This document shows, piece by piece, positions 1 to 8,737 of a DNA stretch of 42,412 nt; the first letter of the stretch is position 1, and every line of letters begins with the position of its first letter. The translations under genes were made by a program, and so were the position numbers. The DNA is from a virus (Duplodnaviria; Caudoviricetes), in IMG/VR virus record IMGVR_UViG_3300038673_000242, positions 1-42,412 of that record; one strand, 5' to 3'. The notes below the pieces were generated by a model. The model made no database searches and was not told where the DNA came from. It saw nothing but the letters and a program-made list of their open reading frames with translations.

Positions 1-364
1 CGGAATTTCTTGAAAAGCTGCATAAATAGTAATCAACAGCTCTTTTGAGGTAAACCACTTCACCAGAATATTCGCACCTTATTTGTTTCACATGGTCTAG
101 TTTGATATCGTTTATGTTGCGATAGGTTTCTTCATCTAGTATTTTTTCCAAGTATAACCTATGACAAGTTTTTTTATATGCATCAATAACATCTTTTCCT
201 TCGGTTTTATCATTAAGGAAATCATAGCGCGTAAACCATAGTTTCATATCACCGCCCACGATGCCCAAAAAACCCGCTGGCGAAGTATAATGATAAAGCG
301 AACCCTCGTATCTATGTTGATTCCTTTTCATTAAATCAATAATCCTTGACTTATCAATTTCCAT
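1..364 (-). CDS. DUF2971-like protein, 3'-truncated by window edge (not in ORF track)
   Basis: Hand translation from ATG at 364 with AGGAGG RBS: MEIDKSRII...SLYHYTSPAGFLGIVGGDMKLWFTRYDFLNDKTEG; LYHYTS..G..GI....LW.T....LND.EG is the DUF2971-type N-terminal pattern. Confidence 0.7.
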   Translation of the reverse strand, partial: MEIDKSRIIDLMKRNQHRYEGSLYHYTSPAGFLGIVGGDMKLWFTRYDFLNDKTEGKDVIDAYKKTCHRLYLEKILDEETYRNINDIKLDHVKQIRCEYSGEVVYLKRAVDYYLCSFSRNS

Positions 365-390
365 TATACATCCTCCTATTTTCTGTATTT

Positions 391-432
391 TCACACTTTA
401 CGCGTCATACAAACCAGAGTTTCTATGTGTGT
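391..432 (-). pseudogene. rlmD: Displaced 3' end of an rlmD/rumA-like 23S rRNA methyltransferase gene; probable att junction of the prophage
   Basis: Minus strand reads THIETLVCMTRKV*, matching the RlmD C-terminal T.HVE(T)VV.(L/M).R motif; lies just beyond the serine recombinase terminator. Confidence 0.6.
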
Positions 433-513
433 TGAAACGGCAATATGTCTCGCTTGAAAAATACATATTGAAGTTTCGACAACTTCGAGACAACAAAATG
501 TCTCGGTTTTATA

Positions 514-543
514 ATTATACTCCGTGCCCGCTCGGCGTGTCAA
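514..543 (-). promoter_or_regulatory. Consensus sigma70/sigmaA promoter facing out of the element
   Basis: TTGACA-N18-TATAAT on the minus strand. Confidence 0.6.
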
Positions 544-626
544 GCCATGCCCGAAAAGGCTACCCCCTGTCCATATTTTTACACACCAAACGCACGACCG
601 CCTGCGACCTTTTCTGCGTTATAACG

Positions 627-656
627 AAAAAAACCGCCCGCATTTCTGCGAGCGGT
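627..656 (-). terminator. Intrinsic terminator after the recombinase operon
   Basis: ACCGCTCGCA-GAAA-TGCGGGCGGT followed by a T tract on the minus strand. Confidence 0.8.
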
Positions 657-664
657 CATCTGTT

Positions 665-2293
665 TTATTGGTTTATTTCCAGTCGTTCCTTTACCGTTAT
701 GCCACAGTTGAAGTGTATTTCAGCTTGGCGGTCTTCGGTTATTATAACCGATTCCACCAGTTCCTTGAATACCCCATCGTCAAACTCAGCGTTATTCTTT
801 ATTCGTTCTATCGCGGCGAACATATTTTCTATCCTGTTTTTCGCTGTGTCTAAGCACCCCACATTATCCATCAGCTTCTGCTTTTCGTGCTCTATCGCAT
901 CGATACGCATCTCAAGTTCGGCGACCTCTTGGCTATATGACACATCGTTCAGCACCCCCATTCGCTGAGAACGGTTTTTGGTTAATATCTGTTCGCGTAG
1001 TTCGTCTATCTGCTCTGTCAGCCGTGCTATTTGCTCCCTGTCTCCGGCTATCACCTCTTCCTTAATATTCTGTTTCAGTCGCGTTAGCATTGCCGCGTAC
1101 TTGCCATCCATCATTTTTTGTAGTGCCCTGACGAAGGCATCCTTGATATCGTCCTCTTTTACGCACCGAGCCGTGCACTCCTCATCGCCGTGAATGACGT
1201 GCGTTGCGCAAGCCCAAGTCCGCGTAACCGTCCCTTGACGATAGATAGCGTGTCTTCGAAGTTTACCACCGCAAGTTCCGCAGTACAGCATACCGCTGAA
1301 CGCATATTTGCTCGAAAATTTTCCTTCTCCAGTTTGCGTTGCACTCCGCAGATTATTCCTTGCTCCTAGCATCGTCTGCACTAGTTCGAATTTCTTCTTT
1401 GATATTATTGCAGGTATGCAGTCTTCCATTGTGTGCAATTCCCTCTGCCCAACATTTTTATGCCGCTTCTTCGATAGCACGTCAGGTTTGAACGTCTTCC
1501 CTTGTATGACTGTTCCCATATACTTTTCATTTTTCAGCATACTTAATATCGTGCTCGGGTACCATAAACCTTTATTCCCGCTCGGCGAGGGCACTCCGTC
1601 ATCCATCAAGTGGTGCGCTATCTGCGATGTCGAATAGCCTTGCAGAAATTCGCTATATATACGCGATACTATTTCCGCTTCCTCGGGCACGATAGACAGT
1701 GTTCCATCCTCGTTTTTCTTATATCCGAGAAAGCGCGTAGTGTTCAGTATTATGTCGCCGCGTAGCATTTTCTTCTCGAATGCCCACGTTACATTTTTTG
1801 CGATGTTTCGACTCTCCTGCTCTGCCATACCTGCCAGTATTGTTATAAGGATTTCGCCGCCCGGTGTCATGGTGTCTATTTTTTCATTATCAAAGTATAT
1901 CGCCACGCCGAGTTCCTTCAGCTCTCGGATATACGTGAGCGCATCAACAGTGTTTCTAGCAAATCGCGATATGCTTTTCACGATTATCCGGTCTATTTCC
2001 TTTGCTCTACACGCTTGAAGCATACGATTAAATTCAGGTCGTTTATCTGCGCGTGTTCCTGTTATTGCAGGGTCTGCGAATACACCTGCGAACTCCCAAT
2101 CTGGGTTTGCGTTAATGTATCGCGTGAAATAGTCGACCTGTCGTTCGTAACTATCCTCTTGTTCTGAACGGTCGGTTGATACTCTAGCGTATGCCCCTGT
2201 CCGTATTTTCCTGCTATCTGTTCTACCGAGTATTTGTGCTCTACTTTTAGCAGGAATGGTTTTTACAACCCTATTCTTTACTGTTTCTTCCAT
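665..2293 (-). CDS. Large serine recombinase (resolvase + recombinase + Zn-ribbon + coiled coil)
   Basis: AYARVST catalytic motif, KSISRFARN, NEKYMG, LYCGTCG Zn ribbon. Confidence 0.95.
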   Translation of the reverse strand: MEETVKNRVVKTIPAKSRAQILGRTDSRKIRTGAYARVSTDRSEQEDSYERQVDYFTRYINANPDWEFAGVFADPAITGTRADKRPEFNRMLQACRAKEIDRIIVKSISRFARNTVDALTYIRELKELGVAIYFDNEKIDTMTPGGEILITILAGMAEQESRNIAKNVTWAFEKKMLRGDIILNTTRFLGYKKNEDGTLSIVPEEAEIVSRIYSEFLQGYSTSQIAHHLMDDGVPSPSGNKGLWYPSTILSMLKNEKYMGTVIQGKTFKPDVLSKKRHKNVGQRELHTMEDCIPAIISKKKFELVQTMLGARNNLRSATQTGEGKFSSKYAFSGMLYCGTCGGKLRRHAIYRQGTVTRTWACATHVIHGDEECTARCVKEDDIKDAFVRALQKMMDGKYAAMLTRLKQNIKEEVIAGDREQIARLTEQIDELREQILTKNRSQRMGVLNDVSYSQEVAELEMRIDAIEHEKQKLMDNVGCLDTAKNRIENMFAAIERIKNNAEFDDGVFKELVESVIITEDRQAEIHFNCGITVKERLEINQ

Positions 2294-3791
2294 TGAGCCG
2301 TACCTCCTTTTTTCGCGTACTCGGGTGTCCGTTTACCCTTATCCAGTCCCTTATATCTCCGTGTTTCCCATTTTCATAGGTCTTTTCTATGCTGATTCCA
2401 TTGACGAATACGAACGTCACCGTAAAATTCCGTATTACGATTCTGCTTATGAAGCGTTCTAGTTTGTGTTCGTCGAAGGCGGTTATCGGCTGGCATTCAT
2501 TCGCTCGTAAATTCTGCGCCTTCATTTTTCCCGCCTGTTCATCAATCTGTCTTAATTCCCTTCTGATTTTTTCGACCTCGATTGAATATTCATGTTGTTC
2601 CATTATCCCTTTAGTCCTTAGTCTAAGCAACTCCCGCTCATCCTTCAGCAACCGCTCCTTGCGGGCTGTTATTGATGTGTTCACGACCTTCGCCCTATCC
2701 GAATTAACGAATTCGTTGTATGCTTCGACAAACAGCCGTCTAAGTGTCTCGTCCTTTATTGAGGTACTGTCCGCGCAATTAGCACGACCTTTTTTCGTCG
2801 CTGTTGCACACGCCCATATATCATACGCATATGCGGTACCTGCCCTATTCACCTTGTGCGTGTAATGCTTTCCGCAACAACCACATTCAATTAGCCCTGT
2901 GAACGGATATGTTGTTGCTTTGCGGTCATAAAGTACATGCGTTGGCTTGCTTTCTCGCACCATTTTTGCGCGCTCGAAATCCTCGCGGCTCACTATTGAT
3001 GCATGACTATCTTCGATGATGAACGCATCACGTTCACCTTTGTTTTTCTTTTTTACACCCTTTTCCATGTACGTTTTCTGCAACATGCAGTCGCCGACGT
3101 ACTTTTCATTTCGCAATATTGAAAGCACCGCGCTACTTGACCAGTTGTCTACGCGTGGAGGTCTAATGTGCGCCTGATTCAATTCTTTTGCTATTTTGTC
3201 TGCGCTTTGCCCTCTTATGTACTCGCTGAATATGTAACGCACGGTGCCAGCAGTTGCCGGATCCACCTCAAGCGTTCTTCTTTCCTTGTTTATCGTATAA
3301 CCGTATACTCCGTTTCCGTAGTACATCTTCCCTTGCTTGAAGTTATCGAGGGTTGACCATGCGTTCCTTTCCCCGCATACCGACAATTCGTTTTCTGCGA
3401 CCGCCGCCGCGATTATCAGATATAACTCACTCGACGTGTCGAGCGTGTTAATCATCTCTGTTTCAAAGTACACGGCTACACCGATTTCACGCAGTTCGCG
3501 TGTTGTGGAAAGCAATTCGGTCGTATTCCTTGCAAACCTTGATACCGACTTGCAATATATGATGTCAATTTCACCATTGCGCGCCGCTTCCATCATCAGT
3601 CTGAACTCCGACCTATTCCTCATTGCTTTGCCGCTTATGCCCTTATCAGCATAAACCGCTACTAGCTCCACTTCGTTCTTTTCCTGTAGTTCCCGCCGCA
3701 AGGTTTCGACTTGGAACTCATAGCTGTGACACTGGAACCTAGAAGACGTTGATACCCTTATGTACGCCGCCGCCCTTAATTTTTGCTCCAT
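2271..3791 (-). CDS. Large serine recombinase (second of tandem pair)
   Basis: AAYIRVST, KSVSRFARN, NEKYVGD, IECGCCG; overlaps the downstream recombinase. Confidence 0.95.
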   Translation of the reverse strand: MEQKLRAAAYIRVSTSSRFQCHSYEFQVETLRRELQEKNEVELVAVYADKGISGKAMRNRSEFRLMMEAARNGEIDIIYCKSVSRFARNTTELLSTTRELREIGVAVYFETEMINTLDTSSELYLIIAAAVAENELSVCGERNAWSTLDNFKQGKMYYGNGVYGYTINKERRTLEVDPATAGTVRYIFSEYIRGQSADKIAKELNQAHIRPPRVDNWSSSAVLSILRNEKYVGDCMLQKTYMEKGVKKKNKGERDAFIIEDSHASIVSREDFERAKMVRESKPTHVLYDRKATTYPFTGLIECGCCGKHYTHKVNRAGTAYAYDIWACATATKKGRANCADSTSIKDETLRRLFVEAYNEFVNSDRAKVVNTSITARKERLLKDERELLRLRTKGIMEQHEYSIEVEKIRRELRQIDEQAGKMKAQNLRANECQPITAFDEHKLERFISRIVIRNFTVTFVFVNGISIEKTYENGKHGDIRDWIRVNGHPSTRKKEVRLNGRNSKE

Positions 3792-3853
3792 ACTCTACCT
3801 CCTTTTTTAAGTTTTCACTCCGTGTGTGGGAACATTTTTGGGCATAAAATTAT

Positions 3854-3872
3854 CCCCACCGTTTTGGTGGGG
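3854..3872 (-). terminator. GC-rich hairpin, probable end of the late transcript, overlapping the recombinase promoter
   Basis: CCCCACC-AAAAC-GGTGGGG followed by ATAATTTT. Confidence 0.5.
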
Positions 3873-3904
3873 ACAACAATACCGCAAAGCTTTTATTAAG
3901 TCTA
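3862..3904 (-). promoter_or_regulatory. Conserved 43-bp promoter motif, copy 1 (upstream of recombinases)
   Basis: TAGACT-N17-TATTGT then TGTCCCCACCAAAA; aligns with copies at 23613 and 26411. Confidence 0.65.
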
Positions 3905-3915
3905 TTGAAAAATGC

Positions 3916-4041
3916 TCAGGAACAGAAAGAAATGGCGTTTTTCTTAACCAGTCTCTCGTATTCCTCGTCGGTGAGCCAACCCTTTATCCAAAAGTAGTGT
4001 AGAAGGCTGTCCGCAAAGGCGCATTCATCATTTTTCGTCAT
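3916..4041 (-). CDS. 41-aa SHOCT-like small protein upstream of the tandem recombinases (not in ORF track)
   Basis: GGAGG RBS; MTKNDECAFADSLLHYFWIKGWLTDEEYERLVKKNAISFCS; G.LT.EEY motif. Confidence 0.65.
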   Translation of the reverse strand: MTKNDECAFADSLLHYFWIKGWLTDEEYERLVKKNAISFCS

Positions 4042-4333
4042 TCTTTTTTTCCTCCGCTTCTTTCGTCATTTGCTTAATGACCTGATTGCATCCAGTTGCA
4101 GACAGACCGCTTGCCCCGCCTGATAACACAGCTACCAACACATTAGGTGCCGCGATTATTTCGGGGAGCGCATAAAAGCATATCAGTCCGAACAATGCAC
4201 CCAGTCCCGCTGAAACCAATGGTATAAAACGCTTAAAGGTTTCATTTTCTTTCGTTGCATATTTGATTAGGTTTATCACCCAGTACACGATTGCCACTAT
4301 GACCGGTACGCTGATTATTTGTAAGTATTCCAT
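4028..4333 (-). CDS. Phage holin family protein
   Basis: 101 aa, about three hydrophobic segments, GLSATG.NQ motif, charged C-terminus, located after tail genes. Confidence 0.75.
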   Translation of the reverse strand: MEYLQIISVPVIVAIVYWVINLIKYATKENETFKRFIPLVSAGLGALFGLICFYALPEIIAAPNVLVAVLSGGASGLSATGCNQVIKQMTKEAEEKKNDEK

Positions 4334-4344
4334 ATTCTATCCTC

Positions 4345-4647
4345 CTATTTTTCTGCATTGCGCTCTAACAGATATTCAAGCATTTCCTGCGATACTTCCG
4401 AATAAGCGTCGAGCGCGGCATGCATTTCGCCATTTGTTTTGCCGTCCCGAAGAGCGATGCTATTTGCTACGGTAAGTTTACCCACAGCATCTATGCTCTT
4501 CATGATTAGGACGTTTTCTTTTGCTTTAACTGCATCGCGCTTCTCGTCCTTTTTATCCTTTCGCTTAAAAAAGCGTTGCAAAAAGAAAAGTGCCGTCCCT
4601 GAGACGACACTTGCCAAGATGCTTAGCGTAATTGTTATTATTTCCAT
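4345..4647 (-). CDS. Single-TM membrane protein, holin-like or lysis accessory
   Basis: N-terminal hydrophobic helix followed by a basic stretch; adjacent to the holin. Confidence 0.55.
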   Translation of the reverse strand: MEIITITLSILASVVSGTALFFLQRFFKRKDKKDEKRDAVKAKENVLIMKSIDAVGKLTVANSIALRDGKTNGEMHAALDAYSEVSQEMLEYLLERNAEK

Positions 4648-4654
4648 ATTCCTC

Positions 4655-5227
4655 CTAACAGTCCTCCGTTTCTCCTACCATCACGGCTTTCAGCCTTTCA
4701 TAGTAGAACTCCATGGATATCTCTTCGCCTTTGTACTCACCGCAATAAATCTCGGCTTTTTGCGATAGAATTATTGGGTCTGTCGTCCAAACCTCATCGT
4801 ATCCGTATTTCTCGACCAACTCTTCCTTGCTTATCGTATATTCGAGCGGTGCCGGAACTGCGTCCCCGTAACGATACGAGTTTTCGTAAACAGACTGCGG
4901 AATACTCTGCAATTTGATTAGCTCGTCTTGCCGCGCTCTCATTTCGGGATATTGCTCTGCCAGTATCATTCCATTTTCATCTGTGATATCTTGCGGCTGT
5001 ACACCCATTTCCTCGACCTTTGCCAAAAGACCATCGTTCAAAGCAGTAATGCGCTGTTGTACCTTTGTGAGGAAATCCGTCAAAAGCGGACGGCGCACCT
5101 TTTCCTTCTCTCTATCTTCGGCGGTCTGATATACTGAAAATACTACATACACCGAAAGTCCCATGATTTTGCACTCATCGAACTCTATCTTGTAATAGTT
5201 GTTTGTTTCGTTCATCAAAATTGCCAT
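4655..5227 (-). CDS. Hypothetical acidic protein (possible fibre chaperone)
   Basis: 190-aa ORF with RBS directly after the Gly-rich adhesin; no catalytic motif recognised. Confidence 0.45.
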   Translation of the reverse strand: MAILMNETNNYYKIEFDECKIMGLSVYVVFSVYQTAEDREKEKVRRPLLTDFLTKVQQRITALNDGLLAKVEEMGVQPQDITDENGMILAEQYPEMRARQDELIKLQSIPQSVYENSYRYGDAVPAPLEYTISKEELVEKYGYDEVWTTDPIILSQKAEIYCGEYKGEEISMEFYYERLKAVMVGETEDC

Positions 5228-5236
5228 TGTTTTCTC

Positions 5237-6316
5237 CTAATACATAATGTTGATATAGCCTGGCCCGCCAGCACCACCAGACTGGGTTGTGAATGCCTTA
5301 TAACCTGCACCTCCGCCACCAGAGCCAAGTGTACCTGCGCCGCCACCACCTTTATTACCGCCGCTACCTCCTTGACCTAAGGGCGAGCCACCTCCGCCGC
5401 CTCCGCCAGAAGAGCCACCAGATGCACCGCCACCGCCAGTAAAGTAGGTTATAGTTTCTGCTTCGGGTGTATAGTTTGTAAAATTCACGGAACTTGTTCC
5501 ACCTCCGTTATTGCGCGTTCCACCGCTTGCACCAGATTTCACTTTGACAGCATAAATATATGTTCCAGTGGTTGGCCCGTTTGTGCCTTTGCCTGCGCCA
5601 CCAGTACCACCGCTACCGCCGCCTAATCCGGACTCGCCTGCATAGCAGGTTAATCCGTCCAGTATCGCACCACCATTCCTATATGCAGTCGCGCTTTCGT
5701 AGTAATTAACCGAGGTATCAGTTCCCCAACTTCCATTCTGCGTTCCTCCACCGCCACTGCCAGATGCACCAATGTATATGGATATGAATTTGGTCAGTTG
5801 CAAGAGTGCCCAAGCATATCCTGCTCCACCGCCACCACCTGCTGATGCAACTACGGTAGAACCACCACCGCCGCCGCCTCCACCGCACATGCAAACAAAA
5901 CAGTATTTCGCCTGTACGGAACTGTCCAAGATTGTAGTTCCACTAGTTGCCGTAATGCTATTTGTCACAAAAACAGAGCCATTAGCCGCCACCTTCAGAT
6001 ATAGGTTTCCACTTGTGTTTTGAGTGTAACGTGTTTTGCTGTATGGTCTGTACCCTTTTGCTGATATCTGGTATTCCTTCCTTTGAAATGTCGGCCACCC
6101 TCCGAACTTTCCACCGAGTGCCTCCGAACTATATCGATATCCACTTACATACGAAATAAACTGCGCATCGGGATAATTCGTTGCCCTGTTCGCTCCGCCA
6201 AACCAAAACCTTGACGTATTGATATCCGCACGTGCCCTCTTATCGTTCGAAGTGTTGCCATAAGCAACCTCACACAATGAGTTAACAAAGTCTTGTCCGT
6301 TTTTACTGTATCCCAT
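5237..6316 (-). CDS. Glycine-rich tail adhesin / receptor-binding protein
   Basis: Multiple GGGGG..GG.G runs, ending GGAGGPGYINIMY; last gene of the fibre cluster. Confidence 0.65.
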   Translation of the reverse strand: MGYSKNGQDFVNSLCEVAYGNTSNDKRARADINTSRFWFGGANRATNYPDAQFISYVSGYRYSSEALGGKFGGWPTFQRKEYQISAKGYRPYSKTRYTQNTSGNLYLKVAANGSVFVTNSITATSGTTILDSSVQAKYCFVCMCGGGGGGGGSTVVASAGGGGGAGYAWALLQLTKFISIYIGASGSGGGGTQNGSWGTDTSVNYYESATAYRNGGAILDGLTCYAGESGLGGGSGGTGGAGKGTNGPTTGTYIYAVKVKSGASGGTRNNGGGTSSVNFTNYTPEAETITYFTGGGGASGGSSGGGGGGGSPLGQGGSGGNKGGGGAGTLGSGGGGAGYKAFTTQSGGAGGPGYINIMY

Positions 6317-6328
6317 GTGTTTACCTCC

Positions 6329-6997
6329 TTATGTGGTTGTGTCAAACGTGCCCGCTTTAATCTTTGTCACCGACTGGCTTCCTGCAAATACGTTCGCTAT
6401 GTATGTCAGTACAGATGCCAAATTAGTGTTGTTACCTAGATTAGCGTTTGCCGCTACCGTTATACGGCTTGCATCTATATTCCCGCTAAGCAAACTTGTA
6501 GGTACTGCCGTTATAGGAATAACTATATTTGCCGTGCCATTAAAACTCTGCGCTGTTGCCGTTACTCCCGACAAACCAATTGTTCTAGCTGTTTGCAATT
6601 TTGTTGCGCTACCTGCATTTCCAGTTGTCGGTATGCTTGCTGTTCCGGTAAGAAGCGTTGCGGGTACCGCAGTAATTGGTATTACGATTGCCGCTGTCCC
6701 ATCGAAATTCTTCGCTGTTGCCGTAACGCCCGAAAGACCAATGCTCCGTGCTGTTGCTAGTTTTGTTGCACTTGCCGCAGTGCCAGTCTTTTTGACATAA
6801 TTCGCTTCAAGGTACTCCGTTGTTATTCCGATATATGCAAGTGAATTCCACACCGCAACACCATTACCAACCTTTATTTTCCCAGTGTCGCTTTCAATGC
6901 CAAGCTCGCCGACAAGCAGAACTGGGTTCTTTGTTACCCAGTTCGCCGCCGTGTCAATTCTTTGCTGTTGTTTAGCCTTTATCGTGAAGGTTGACAT
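6329..6997 (-). CDS. Tail fibre protein: Mtd_N-like N-terminus plus two approx. 54-aa ATKL.TAR repeats
   Basis: QQRIDTAANW..NPVLLVGELGIESDTGKIKVGNG..W..L.Y; repeats ATKL.TAR.IGLSGVTATA..F.GT. Confidence 0.8.
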   Translation of the reverse strand: MSTFTIKAKQQQRIDTAANWVTKNPVLLVGELGIESDTGKIKVGNGVAVWNSLAYIGITTEYLEANYVKKTGTAASATKLATARSIGLSGVTATAKNFDGTAAIVIPITAVPATLLTGTASIPTTGNAGSATKLQTARTIGLSGVTATAQSFNGTANIVIPITAVPTSLLSGNIDASRITVAANANLGNNTNLASVLTYIANVFAGSQSVTKIKAGTFDTTT

Positions 6998-7008
6998 AGT
7001 CCACCCCC

Positions 7009-8061
7009 TTATGCATTGCCGCCGTTCAGTATCACCGTATCCGTCGAATGTATAAGTGTTGAGCCATCAGACAGCCCGCCCGAACTCTTGGACGCAAAAT
7101 TGGCATTAAAGTTCGCTGTTGCTCTTGCTTCTGTATAGTAGAGATTTGTCCCTTCCGATACATCTGAGGTTGTGAGCACAACCGCACCAGTTTTGCCGTT
7201 TACCGACAACACTAGGTCAGTCGGGGTGCGAAGTAATATCCAGTTAGCAAGGGTGCTTGATGGTTTCTGCTTCAAAATGTAGCACTTGTTTTCATCTGTT
7301 CTCACCGCAACGTCGCCGGTCTGTGCGTTTAGAGCAAGCATTTCCGTTTGACTTGCCACCTCGAACGTTTCTGATATTGCTATAGCGGGCAAAAGGTTTT
7401 CATCGATTTTTCCGTTTTCCAACACCTCAACCACGTTTCCTATTCCGGTGCCAACATTTTTACTAGCCGCTGTTCCCGCATCGGTTATCTTTGCGAGAGT
7501 CAATTCAGGAATGTCCGCCGCCGCAAGCTGTTCAGCCGCTGTAATAATACCCTTTGCATCAACCGTCAATTTTGTGTACGTTCCCGCAACAACACCACTG
7601 TTCTTCAGCACCAAAGTTATGGATGCGTTCGCGCTACCATCAAAACTGGTTGAGCCAGTACCGTCTCCTGTGATACCAATAGTCCTAGCCGTTTTTAACT
7701 TCTGTGCCACTTGCGCTTCTGCTACGACAGTAATTTCTTCAGCCGTAATCAGTCTCTTCCAAATCGCGGTTGAGGTCTTTGCGATCAGTGTGAATATTGT
7801 TTTAGCAGTGGTATTTATCCAAAACGAGCCTATGTCGTAGTCCACGTCTGCATTGGTCGGATCGACCGTGTTGATTTGTACCTCATGCGCACTGGCATAC
7901 TTCAACGAATTCCACGTCGTGGAGCCATCGCCGATTTTGAACTTTCTCGTATCGTTTTCGATACCTATTTCACCTTTCAGCAATATCGGGTTTTCAGTTA
8001 CCCAATTCGCCGCAATATCGTTCCTTATTTGAATTCTGCTTTCCAAAGTAAAATTACTCAT
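7009..8061 (-). CDS. Tail fibre protein with Mtd_N-like N-terminus
   Basis: IQIRNDIAANW..NPILLKGEIGIENDTRKFKIGDG; KLKTARTI; GTYTKLTVDAKG; VLSVNGKTGAVVL fibre motifs. Confidence 0.8.
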   Translation of the reverse strand: MSNFTLESRIQIRNDIAANWVTENPILLKGEIGIENDTRKFKIGDGSTTWNSLKYASAHEVQINTVDPTNADVDYDIGSFWINTTAKTIFTLIAKTSTAIWKRLITAEEITVVAEAQVAQKLKTARTIGITGDGTGSTSFDGSANASITLVLKNSGVVAGTYTKLTVDAKGIITAAEQLAAADIPELTLAKITDAGTAASKNVGTGIGNVVEVLENGKIDENLLPAIAISETFEVASQTEMLALNAQTGDVAVRTDENKCYILKQKPSSTLANWILLRTPTDLVLSVNGKTGAVVLTTSDVSEGTNLYYTEARATANFNANFASKSSGGLSDGSTLIHSTDTVILNGGNA

Positions 8062-8368
8062 TTGCTGTTCCTCCGTTAATGATTTTTATGTCCTCATAGT
8101 TACTGCCCACGCAGTAGTACTTCAAATTGTTTTCATCCCACCTATATGCTTTATTCGCCGCTCTGTCCAAATAAACGACCGCCGAATTGCCCACGTTCGG
8201 AAACTCTAGTTTGCTTCCGTATTGATGAGATTTCAGTTGCACCTCTATTGTGCTTTTAGTGTTGTCGATTGCTACTACCGTTGCATCGTTTTCGAGACCA
8301 CTGTAATTCCTTGTTACCCTGCTGAATTGCCCTACCTCAGCTTCTATCCGTATGACCTTGTCATTCAT
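8054..8368 (-). CDS. Small tail/fibre adaptor protein
   Basis: 104 aa, coupled to neighbours, FP..G....Y.D...K.Y.W pattern, ends IINGGTANE. Confidence 0.55.
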   Translation of the reverse strand: MNDKVIRIEAEVGQFSRVTRNYSGLENDATVVAIDNTKSTIEVQLKSHQYGSKLEFPNVGNSAVVYLDRAANKAYRWDENNLKYYCVGSNYEDIKIINGGTANE

Positions 8369-8727
8369 GCGCTACCTCCTGCTAATTTTGTAGCCGATTC
8401 GTACACTTGCACTTCGCCCCTAGCGATTGTGTGAATGTCTTCTCCCTTTCCTTTGTAATCGAACTTGCAGTCATAGTCATAGCTCAGGCATTTCAGCGTT
8501 TCTGTCTCCTCCGGCGAGAAGGTCATCAGCAAATCCCTGCCATTGACAAGTTGCATTCCATCAGGGAATCGCCGTTGTAAAATCGGCTTGTTTCTTGGCA
8601 TGCAAATAGAAAAAGTGAATTTGTCTTCGCTGGTTATGGGATAGAATGAGCCATCGTCCATTTCTATCAAAATGTTCACGACGGCGATGTTCAGCGTATC
8701 GCCGCGAATAACCTTAATATTTGCCAT
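8365..8727 (-). CDS. Baseplate upper protein (BppU N-terminal-like)
   Basis: Start reassigned to MANIKVIRGDT (GGAGG RBS); I.RGDT and Y.YD motifs typical of this adaptor fold. Confidence 0.55.
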   Translation of the reverse strand: MANIKVIRGDTLNIAVVNILIEMDDGSFYPITSEDKFTFSICMPRNKPILQRRFPDGMQLVNGRDLLMTFSPEETETLKCLSYDYDCKFDYKGKGEDIHTIARGEVQVYESATKLAGGSA

Positions 8728-8737
8728 ATTCCCTCCC

